Origin: Chlorokybus atmophyticus | Lineage: Eukaryota; Plantae; Mesostigma and Chlorokybus algae | Assembly: GCA_009103225.1 (NCBI GenBank) | Contig: RHPI01003389.1 | Span: forward strand, 787,162-851,161 | Direction of reading: 5' to 3' | Length of the DNA: 64,000 bases | In this document: one piece after another, positions 54,516-64,000 of the stretch | How positions within the stretch are numbered: position 1 is the first letter of the stretch | How the letters are laid out: each line of letters starts with the position of its first letter | The notes under the pieces: generated by a model | Told to the model about the DNA's origin: nothing | What the model saw: only the letters and a program-made list of their open reading frames with translations | Database searches by the model: none | Program-made: the position numbers and the translations under genes

Positions 54516-57500
54516 CTTGTGCGTGGGGTGCCTAGTTTAGTTGTTCAAGGGGCTCTCCCTCTCATCCCATGTGGGGTGTGATGTCCGTGGCAGCTTTGCA
54601 CATGTGTGTGAGGTGTGCTTGAGTGTGTGAGTGTGTGGGAGTTGAGTAGAGAGGTTGGTGTCATCCTCTCCTTCCTTGGTGCGGTGCTGTGACTTTCTCT
54701 GCGAGGTGCTGCACCAGTGACGCTGGTAGGGCTTCCAGTAGTAAGTCCTTGTGCTTGTGCTTAAGTTTGCCAAGCCGCCCAGCAAGTAAGTGAGTGGTAT
54801 CGTTACATTGGACTCGGAGCTTGGATTCCAAGCCTTGCATGCTTGCCCATCAGCTCATGCACTTGCTGCACCGTACGTGCGTTGCATTCTTTGCTTGCAC
54901 GCACTACATGGCAGGGTTTTGAGCTGATTGTGCATGCTAGTTGGTGCGTCCAGCTGCATGCACACTTGCATGCATGGTGTGGGTCGTTCTACACGCTAAT
55001 TTGAGCATTTGTTGTGTGTTCTTGCTGCACATACACAGCATTACACACGCATTGGCTTGTTGCTGCACCAGCTGCGCGTGTGCGCGCATGTGCGCGCATG
55101 TGCGCTTGAGTGCATCTGATACAGGGACCTCACCTTGTGGTGTTGGCCCTAACCTTTGTGGCAATGGCTGAGCAAGAGCATACAGCAAGAGAGGAGGTAT
55201 CTTGGGGCAATGATGTTGCTAAGACCACCCGACAGCTTACCATTTTGGTTGCCACGTTGTGTGAGCAGGTAACAGAATTACAGCAACAACACGAGGCCAA
55301 CATAGCTCAATGGCAACGGTCAAGTGACATCGTTGACTGTGCAATCCCAAGTAAGGGACATGTTGGTGCATCTGTTGATGCAAGTGTACAAAACCACCGA
55401 GAGCGTAAGCGTAGCCGTGAAGCACAGCTCTGTGAAGCTGAAGCTGATGCTGCTCGGGGCCATGCTCTCATGTATGAGGGACATGAAGAGAGCAAGAAGC
55501 CATGTATACAACAGGGATTGCCAATGGCTAGCTGCTCTGTGGACGTTGATACGCAATGTGCTTTCAGTGACTTGATGTCATGCCTTCCCTAACCATGCAA
55601 TGTCGCTGTGTGGGAGAACGAGTTGGGTGTACAGGTAGATACTCAATTCATGCAGCACGACTGTGCGGGCAAGTGTGTCTTGCTCAATGCACATGTTGAC
55701 GAGTTGTCAAACATGCTCAAGCACTATGTGGATTGCAAGAGCAAGAGTGCGCACAACACAAGTGCATGCGTGGTTGTACCCAAGCGTCCTGGGTTGTGGA
55801 CCCGCTTTGTTAAAGGCATGCAGGTCCTGGGAGAGGTCAAGCTAGGTAAGGGGCAGATGCGTGTGTTGTATGACCCCCCTGCCATCCATGAGGTAAATAC
55901 TCTGGACTTGACTTGGTTGTTCAAGGCTTCTGTTGCGCATGTGCCGTGCATCCTGATGATGAACACGGCGACACCTGTCAACTTTGTGAGTGAATTTCTT
56001 GTGCGACGCATTCGTGTCAGCAAGTGTGATGAAACGGTTGTTGCCTTGACTAAGCTTGAGATCCCCGTGCGGGGAGTTGTATGCTTGTCTGTGCGTGTGC
56101 AAGGCTATCATGCTCACCTCAAGTTCTTGGTCATCCCAGTAGCGGTGCTCGGCGTGGATGTGATTGTTGGCAGCCACTGGGAGCAAGCATGTGGCTTGCG
56201 CACAGACGCGGACACAAAACTTTGCAGTGTATGCAAAGGTTGAGGTCGTGTGACCTTGCATGCAAATGGGCACAATGTTGCGCCCACTGTTAGCTCTGTT
56301 GATGATGCATCAAGTACAGATGTCTTATGTTCTTTGTTGAGTGCCATGCAGGTGAAGAGGGCTGTTCGCCATGGAGCTCAACCTCTTCTAGTGCTCGTCC
56401 GGCCAGTCGGCAACGACGACACTTTCACCTCAGTTGGTGAGACCGGTGGCAAGCCATCAAATACGGCCCTTGAAGGTCTGTTGTCTGAAGTTTCTGATGT
56501 GTTTCAAGCTGAACTGCCTGCATTGCCACTTGAGAGGGACGTCTGGCATACGATCCCTCTAGAGTCTGGTGCGCAGCCTCCGTTCAGACTGTGTGTATAG
56601 GCTGAGTCCAGCTGAGTATGCGGACAAGGAGGGGCTGATCAAGGCCTTGCTTGAGAAGGGATTGATTGAGCCAAGTAGCTCTCCTTTCAGAGCACCCATT
56701 CTTTTCGTACTTAAGAAGGACGGCAGGCTACGCATGTGCGTAGACTATAGGGCCTTGAACAAGCTGACCATCAAGAACAGGTATCCGCTGCCAAGGATAG
56801 ATGATTTGATTGATCAACTGAGCGGTGCCTCAGTGTTCAGCTCCTTGGATCTCATCAGTGGGTACCATCAATTCGGATCACACCGGAAGATGTGCCCAAG
56901 ACAGCGATCAGAACGCCTGTGGGACACTTTCAATACAAAGTGCTGCCTTTTGGTCTGACGAATGCGCCAGCCACCTTTCAAGCTATGATGAACCGTGTGT
57001 TTCACAAGCTGATCGGGAAGACAGTGCTTGTATTTTGATGATATACTTGTATTCAACAAGAATGCTAACATGCACGTCGCGCAAGTGCGCGAGGTGCTGG
57101 AAACGCTGCGTGCGCACCGGTTTTCTATGCTTACATGCCCAAGTGCGAGTTTGGCAAGAAGGAACTAGAGTTCCTCGGGCACACTGTGAGCAAGGAGGGC
57201 GTGCGCCCTGACCCAAGGAAGGTTGCCAAGGTCAAGGATTGGCCTAGTCCTAAGAATGTGCACGAGCTGCGCGCATGCTTAGACTTGAGCAACTACTTCC
57301 GCAAGTACATTCTTGGTTACTCATCGCGTGTTGCCCCTCTCACTACTCTGTTGCGTGACAAGGTCGTGTGGAGGTGGTCACATAGGCAGCAAGAAGCCTT
57401 TTGCGTCCATCAAAGAGACTTTGGTGATAGCGAGTGTGTTGCAGCTGCCGAACTTCACCAAGCCCTTTGAGGTAAACTGTGATGCGTCTGTTGAAGGCAC

Positions 57501-59100
57501 TGGTGTTGTGTTGCTCCAGAGTGGGCACCCCCTTGCTTATGGTAGGAAGAAGTTCTCTCCTGCTGAGAGAAACTATACAACAACTGAGCAAGAGTTGTTG
57601 GGGGTAGTCCATGCGCTACCAGAGTGGCGTTGCTATCTAGAGGGGGTGGAAGGCCGGTTTAGTGTGATCACGGACCACAACCCCCTTGTTTTCTTTCAGA
57701 CCCAACCAACCTTGTCGAGAAGACAAGCGAGGTGGGCTGAGTTCTTGTCCAGATTCAACTTTACTTGGGTTTACTGACCAGGGAGAGTGAATGTGGCAGA
57801 CCCTTTGAGCCGTTCGCCATTGCTGTTGGCAGTGACAACACGTGCACGTGCACGAAGCCAAGGGTGGGCACAAGCAAGTGATGCTAGTGCCAGTACTTTC
57901 GAGTTGCCATCTGTGCATGAGCAAGCTGTCAATGAGACACCACCGTGGCAACAGAGACCAGCGAGATGCCAACTGAGCTCGAGAGAGCAGACAGTGAAGC
58001 ACCGTTGGTAGTGCACGAGCCAAGTGGGGAGGACCTAATGGCCGTTGATGTGAAAGACATCAAACAGCGTTTACTTTGCTAGTGCTTATGCACATGGGTT
58101 GACACATGGGTTGTTGAGTTGCTGAAGCAGGCAGACGACAAGATCACTTGTCGCAAGGGCCTCTGGTACTGTGAGGGCAAGTTGATATTGCCAAATGCAC
58201 TCGGCTTGAGGCAAGAGTGTCTGTTTGAGGCACACAATGCCGTGTACAGTGGGCACATGGGAATGGCAAAGACCATCAAGCAGCTGCAGAGACAGTATTA
58301 GTGGCCGAGCTTGAGTGCTGATGCATCTAATTATGTCCGTGTTGTGACACTTGTCAAAGAGACAAGGCCTCGCACAGGAAGCCAGCAGGGTTGCTGAAGC
58401 CCTTGGCTATTCCCAACTCTCAATGGGAGAGTGTGAGCATGGATCTGATCACAGATCTACTCGTGACAAAGAAGGGACACAGTGCTGTCATTGTCTTTGT
58501 TGATCGCTTGATTAAGATGGTCAGATTTGACCCCTGTGCACAGACATGATGCGCAAGAGTTTGCGTTTGTCTTTGTGAACTCGGTGTTCAGATCACACGG
58601 TGTACCCAAAGAGTTGGTGTCTGACCGTGACCCCAAGTTTGTGAGCCATGTTTGGCAGGCTGTATGCCGGTACTTGGGGATTAAGCAGAGCTTGAGCACT
58701 ACTTACCATCCACAGAATGACGGACAGACGGAGCGCGTCAATCAGGTGTTGGAAGATGTGCTACGCCACTACACGTCACCCAGGTTCGATCATTGAGATG
58801 TGTACCTGCCACTTGCTGAGTTCGCTGTGAACAATGCATAGCATGAGTCGCTAAGAAGCACTCTTTTCTATCTAAACTACGGTCGCCATGTGTTGACACC
58901 CATGTCTCTGAATGTCGAGCCATTCAGCAAAGTGCCGATGGCTAGAGGCTTCACAGAGAGCATGCATGCCTCATTGGCACATGCAAAAGACTGCTTGAGA
59001 GCAGCACAAGACAGGCAAAAGATGTATGCCAACAGGCAACGTAGGCCTGGAGATGAGCTCCAAGTTGGAGATCAAGTGTTGTTGAGATCAAAAGATCATT
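54516..59100 (+). mobile_element. Nested decayed Ty3/Gypsy retrotransposon, 3'-truncated
   Basis: LTR-like segment ends GTGAGTGGTATCGTTACA at 54807, followed by the PBS-like TTGGACTCGGAGC. Gag/protease remnants at 55110-56243. [29 protein letters not shown]...LDLISGYHQ plus a frameshifted YFDD (~57030). RNase H FEVNCDAS...TTTEQELL...TDH (57460-57780). Integrase H-x6-H zinc motif, SMDLI and VSDRDPKF...HPQNDGQTERVN (58230-58750). The true 5' LTR start may lie further upstream (to ~53860). Confidence 0.9.
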
Positions 59101-59154
59101 CAACTCAGCTCTATGTGTGCATTGCATGAGTTCATGCAGTGCCAGCATAGATTG

Positions 59155-59495
59155 TGCTGTAGATATTAGCCTTGGGGTAGATACAATTGGCTAGGAGTAT
59201 TCTCCTGTATGGGGCTGCCTGGGGTATATAGGCCGCGGGACAGCCGCCAGAGGTCAGACTCGACTAGACGCTTAGACTAAATAGTCAGTAAATGCACTTA
59301 TGAGAGTTGAGGTCTCCCTGTTGCTGTGTGCGACTTGTACCTTTGTGCAAACTTTGTGTGTGCATGCCTACATGCAGTAGAGAGGGTCTGCATATGTGTG
59401 AGCAGCTATGTGATTGTTAGCTGCTGCATAGCTACACTGTGTGTGTAGAGTCTCAGCTCAGCACTTTGCTCTATACACAGCACTGATTGACAGCA
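59155..59495. mobile_element. Non-coding LTR-like segment at the junction between the nested and host elements
   Basis: Non-coding block starting TG with a TATA-like gtatata; it matches neither recognised LTR. Boundaries and TSD are unresolved. Confidence 0.35.
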
Positions 59496-59509
59496 GTCTT
59501 TGCCAACAA

Positions 59510-60030
59510 TTGCGCGGCCACTCAGCGAGTTACTGAGGAGGGACACAGAATTCCCAGTGGACGGAGGCACAGCAAGAGGCCTTCATGAAGCTAAAGCTCC
59601 AACTCACCACAGCTCTTAACCTTCAGCAACCTGACTACGACATGTCATTCATCCTGCACACAGATTGGAGCAAGCTCGGCGTGAGAGCAGTGCTCGTACA
59701 GCACGATGACAACAAGAAGGAGCGTAGTGTCGAATGCAAGCCGCAGCAACAACAGCGCTGAGGCCAACTACAGCAGCTACGAGGGGAGTGTCTCGCCGCA
59801 GTTTGGGCCATCTCCTCCTTCCGGCACTTCCGGTTTGGACGGCAATTCCAACCGATCACCGACCACCAACCACCGAATTGGCTGATGACCAACCAGCACC
59901 TGACAGGCAAGCTGGCACGGCGGGCACTACTGCTGCAGGAGTACAACTTCGAGGTGGAGCATCGGGTTGGCCTGTCCAACCAGGACGCAGACGGCCTTCG
60001 TCGCAACCCCCACCTTAGCACCAACGATAC
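59510..60030 (+). pseudogene. RT connection domain and RNase H of the DNMT-Gypsy element
   Basis: IARPLSELLRRDTEF/QWTEAQQEAFMKLK; FILHTDWSKLGVRAVLVQ; GECLAAVWAISSFRHF; ITDHQP; KLARRALLLQEYNFEVEHRVGLSNQDADGL. Confidence 0.9.
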
Positions 60031-60429
60031 GACAGGAGCCCGACACAAGTTGGGTCCTGCAGCCGCATCTCCAGGTATAGTGACCAGGATCGCTGTCGCT
60101 GCGCTACGTTCAGGACGCAAGACCCAGGCCATTGAGGCAGCAGCAGACAAGGACGTGCCATCTCTCGGGTCCATCGTTACCATCACAGACCCCTTATCAA
60201 GCGCTCGCCGCCGACCTTGAGGTGGACGATGAGGAGCTGGCACCCACCGACACACACACGACAGGACATCTAGCTGGACAAGCCATCCCTCGCACTTCCG
60301 CCCAGACAATTTCCAGCAGGCATGAGCGCGCGCAAGAAGGACCGCACCGGTCAAGGCACTCAGCGCTATCGCTGGGCCAATGACACGCTGTATCGACAGA
60401 TACAGAATGAGGACAAGGAGGTCCAAACA

Positions 60430-61540
60430 CCAGCTGCGCGAGAAGGCATCATCGCTGCCCTTCACACCGAGCTCGGACACTTCGGTGTTAAGCGCACGGC
60501 CAGTCTGGTCAAGGCTCAGTACTGGTGGTATAGGGTGCACAAACAGGTGCGCGAGTACGTCAGCGACTGCCAGCAGTGTGATATGGTCCGCGCGAGCCTA
60601 AACACGCGCAACGCCACCTTGCATCCCCTCCCCATCTCGGGACTGTTTTACCGCTGGGGACTGGACATCTTCGGGGACTTCGCCCTCAGCACGAGGCAAC
60701 CGCTACATCCTCGTCATGATCGAGCACTTCTCCAAGTGGGTGGAGCTTGTGCCCTTGCCCGACAAGGGCAGCGAGGGAGTAGCCCAAGCTTTCCTCTCCC
60801 ATGTACTCGGACGCTTCGGCAGTTGTGCTGAAGTCATCACCGACCAAGGTATGGAGTTCAGAGGAGCCTTTGACAAGCTCATGGACAGATGCTTCATTGA
60901 CCATTACCGTACTTCACACGACCATCCACAAGCCAATGGTCTTGCTGAGCATACCATGTAGACCATCAAGAAGGCTTTGCGCAAGTACGTCCTCGACTAC
61001 GAGAAGAGCACATGGGATGACCACCTCCCATGGGTAGCACTTGGGTTCCGGCCGTCCAAGCAGGCAGCACTACGGGAGTACAGCCCATATGCTGTTTGGA
61101 AGGCAGCCATTGCTCCCTTTCCGCGCACAGCAGAAGGTCGAAAGAGTGGTGGACAATCTCGACAACCCCGACGAGATGCTATATGATCTAACAGTGCGCG
61201 GCGCGCTGTTCGAGCACACTGTCCCCATGGTCTTCCACAACTTGCGCATCGCTCAGCACCGCGACACGCTTCGCTGCAAGCGTGTGCGCAACGGTTTCTA
61301 CAAGGAGCGGGAACGCCGCTTCCAGCCAGGAGACTTTGTCTACCGTATGGCGACCACACACGACACCCTCGACACCTCCGTTGGGCGCGCTGTTTGTAAG
61401 GTATTGAAGGTGTATCCCACAGGGGTACTGGACCTGCTGGGACAACAAGGAGAGCGCATGATGGACAACATGGTAAATTGCGCGCCCTATCATCTTCCCC
61501 ACGTTGCTGGCCTCGACAAGATCCAACACCCGCGACCGCT
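60430..61540 (+). pseudogene. DDE integrase of the DNMT-Gypsy element
   Basis: HHCC domain LHTELGHFGVKRT...YWW...CQQC; catalytic WGLDIFG, ITDQGMEF and HPQANGLAE; downstream LFGRQPLLP. Contains frameshifts. Confidence 0.9.
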
Positions 61541-61553
61541 GCGAAGCACCCAC

Positions 61554-61688
61554 TGCGAGAAATGTGGCTATGCCGACAACGACCTGGTGATGCTGTTATG
61601 TGAAGGCTGCAACCAAGGCATGCACTGTTACTGCCTTGACCCTCCATTTGACAAGGTGCCACTGTGGGAGTATTGGTGCGATGACTGC
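61554..61688 (+). CDS. PHD finger (C4-H-C3) at the C-terminus of the retrotransposon pol remnant
   Basis: CEKCGYADNDLVMLLCEGCNQGMHCYCLDPPFDKVPLWEYWCDDC retains all eight Zn ligands and the L.PP...VP...W.C signature, within ORF 61041-61718. Confidence 0.92.
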
Positions 61689-61760
61689 CGCATCAACGGT
61701 CCCCCACACAGTCGGTAGGAGCCGAGTCCTGGAGCAGGAGGCTACCCCAGAACCTCAAGC

Positions 61761-61797
61761 AGGGGGGGGGGGGGGGGGGGNGGGGGGGGGGGGGGGG
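61761..61797 (+). promoter_or_regulatory. Polypurine tract (poly-G) preceding the 3' LTR
   Basis: A followed by ~36 G (one N), two bases before TGTTGA at 61800. Confidence 0.7.
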
Positions 61798-61799
61798 CT

Positions 61800-62898
61800 T
61801 GTTGATTGTATGTACTACAGCACAGTAGGTACCGTAAGGAGGAGAGCGTCACAAGCTCTACTACTGATCAGATCCTCACATAGGTTCATCCATGAGCCTA
61901 TGCCTATGTCTGGGGGGTTAACTTTGTTTGTGTTGCTCTAATGCTGCGCGTAGCACCAGCATGCCCACGGCATGGGCACTCGTCTGCAGTGTGCTCAAGA
62001 CGGCGTGACCCTCGAGTATGGCAGGCACGAAAGCTGTCATGCCAAATACCCTCGCATGCCAGTCCTCCTCGAGCATGCCTACATCCAGCCCCAAGCTTGG
62101 GCTACCAACATGAAGACCGCGCGCGACTCAGCCTACTGCTAGCTATTTTGTACTTCATATAACATGTAGCTAGGGCTACTCTATAGACCTCTCTGTAGGA
62201 ACCGCGCGTAGCTGATCAGTTGGGAATCCGTTATCAGCTCATGTGCTATATCAAGTCTTAGGGGACTTCCGTAGTAGCATACGGCCTCAATGTGACTGTT
62301 GGCTTAGTGCCCGCGTGGCATTGCACAATCATAATTTTACATGTATAAGTAGGAAGTCATGTCACTAGACTTGCTGGTGACACTGTGAGTGAGTACTAAG
62401 GGTAAAGACACTGACTTTAGGAGCTTGTGAAGCGACTTGAACTAAAAGCACACCGTCCCGGTTGCCAAAAATTACCTTACTGCGTGAGACACAGTGTATG
62501 CTCTGGTGCGCTGCGCTTGTCATTGCTGTGAGCTTGGCGAGGGTGTGTTTGCTGCATCAGTCACAACATAGCATCTCTGAGTTGCTTGTTTATTCACCTC
62601 ACTTGACAGTGTAACACATCCACTCATGCAAAGAACTGTGTATACAGCACTACCTATCGTAGTGGCTTGTTGACTGTGTATACTACAGCACAGTAGGTAC
62701 AGTAAGGAGGAGAGCGTCACCAGCTCTATTACTGATCAGATCCTCACATAGGTTTATCCCTGAGCCTATGCCTATGTCTGGTTGGTTGTCTTTGTTTGTG
62801 TTGCTCTAATGCTGCACGTAGCACCAGCATGCCCACGGCATGGGCACTCGTCTGCAGTGTGTCCGAGACGGCGTGACCCTCGACCATGGCAGGCACGA
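61800..62898 (+). repeat. Right terminal-repeat complex B1-C-A2-B2
   Basis: 61800-62030 (B1) is repeated at 62668-62898 (B2). 62446-62674 (A2) repeats 47645-47876 (A1). Confidence 0.9.
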
Positions 62899-64000
62899 CA
62901 GGAAAGAGGCGCAAGTATGATGATCATTATAGACCATGATCAAGTGCCCTTGGCCATGGAGACATGTAGCTGATTGGAAGAGCCCTTTACGGAGCTGATT
63001 TAGATAATGCGAAACACACTAGTGACGTGGGTTGGAGGGCAGGTTGTGCGCTTAACGACGCACTTGCGCTTCCGCACACACATGCCACCTCAACACTAAC
63101 ATGCAGTGGCCATGGCCATTGGCCAATGCGACATTGGCAACTCAGTACGATGCATTCGCTACTTAACTTCATGTAGCGCCGCGCCAACCTTGTTGGAAGT
63201 TGTGGCCTCGCGGTCCCGTGGCCTGTCGTATAATACCGTGGACTCCGTTGTTGTGCCTGATGTAGTACATAAACTCTGCGCGTGTGGCCCGCCCGTCGAG
63301 TAACGACCCGCCCCGTGTATGTGCTCGCATGCACCGCATGCATGCACGCTCCCACGAGAAAGCTCGTGGGAGCGTGCATGCATGTGCATGCGTGCGCGCG
63401 TGTGTGTGAGTGTGCATGCGCTCGCATCACCAACTATCAATATGCAGGTGCGCGTGTGTGCACCTTCAAGTTTGTCCCCTGAGCGGAGACGGTTGCCCCC
63501 GCTTGCGGTATGCTGTTCAGTTCAGCTGGCTCATTCTCCACGCAAGCCACGTATACCCACAACTGCGTGCATCTTGTACTCCCAACATGTCATATGAAGC
63601 AGCAGACATCACACACAGGATGAACAATAGGTTCTTGTTATCTACAGATTACACAACAGACCTGTAAGCTACGCAGGGAGCGCAAGCGCTTACCTAACTC
63701 TAATCAGTGAGGCCCCTGCTTAGAAGCTATACTCTCTCATGCTAATGCTGCTTTATATCTACCAACATCGCTTGCTGCTGGGCGAGAGAGAAGAGGACAG
63801 ACAAGAGAGAGAGAGAGAGTCTGTCACACACACACGTGGGTGTGTGCTTTTGTGCGCGCGCGCACGTGCAGCACGCCGCTGCATGTCCACCTAACCTGCG
63901 CAGTGGTGATCACTACAGGTGATCTGCTTCGACCTTTAATCGGATGCGCGCGTCGGAGGCCACTCGTGGCCACAAAGGCAACGCGTACCCGTGTACGCGT

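Larger units (their letters stand above)
47645..62898 (+). mobile_element. Decayed Ty3/Gypsy LTR retrotransposon carrying a C5 DNA methyltransferase and a PHD finger, with nested insertions
   Basis: Order on the + strand: terminal repeat (47645-48031), gag (48088-49820), unknown region, aspartic protease, DNMT, nested Gypsy, RT connection domain (59510-59640), RNase H, integrase, PHD, poly-G PPT (61761-61797), then terminal repeats starting TGTTGA at 61800. Confidence 0.88.

Noticed and set aside
59155-59512. Solo LTR ending at GCCAACA with an ATTG target-site duplication
   Set aside because: The apparent right end (tttgccaacaattgcgcggcca) reads as host RT codons FAN-IARP with a 1-nt insertion, so the TSD is probably coincidental.
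47645-62898. Classification as a DIRS/PAT/Ngaro tyrosine-recombinase element because of the A...B-A-B repeats
   Set aside because: No tyrosine recombinase is visible. The element has a Gypsy-type RNase H, an HHCC+DDE integrase, a PPT and a TG start.
63911-63920. CACTAC motif as a CACTA transposon end (also near 20876)
   Set aside because: No matching inverted terminus or transposase in the window.

Overview
This is intron-rich eukaryotic nuclear DNA. The gene set includes a land-plant-type FHA-AAA ATPase, a P-class PPR protein, GEK1/DTD2 and a basal-body VFL1/LRRCC1 gene, which points to a streptophyte green alga with a flagellated stage (inference). Seven multi-exon host genes lie in 1.7-47.2 kb: AAA ATPase (-), an uncharacterised tail-anchored protein (+), VFL1/LRRCC1 (-), an SDR with a YxxxN active site (+), a PPR protein (-), GEK1/DTD2 (-) and kinesin-12 (+). 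Two of these pairs are head-to-head, and many introns are filled with alternating purine-pyrimidine microsatellites. The region 47.6-62.9 kb is a nested, decayed Ty3/Gypsy cluster. Its outer element carries a C5 DNA cytosine methyltransferase in frame behind the aspartic protease and a complete PHD finger after the integrase, so it encodes a DNA-methylation writer and a putative chromatin reader. Its RT core is missing, a second Gypsy element sits in that position, and its terminal repeats are rearranged as A...B-C-A-B. All homology assignments come from recalled motifs; no database search was run. Exon boundaries were derived by hand.
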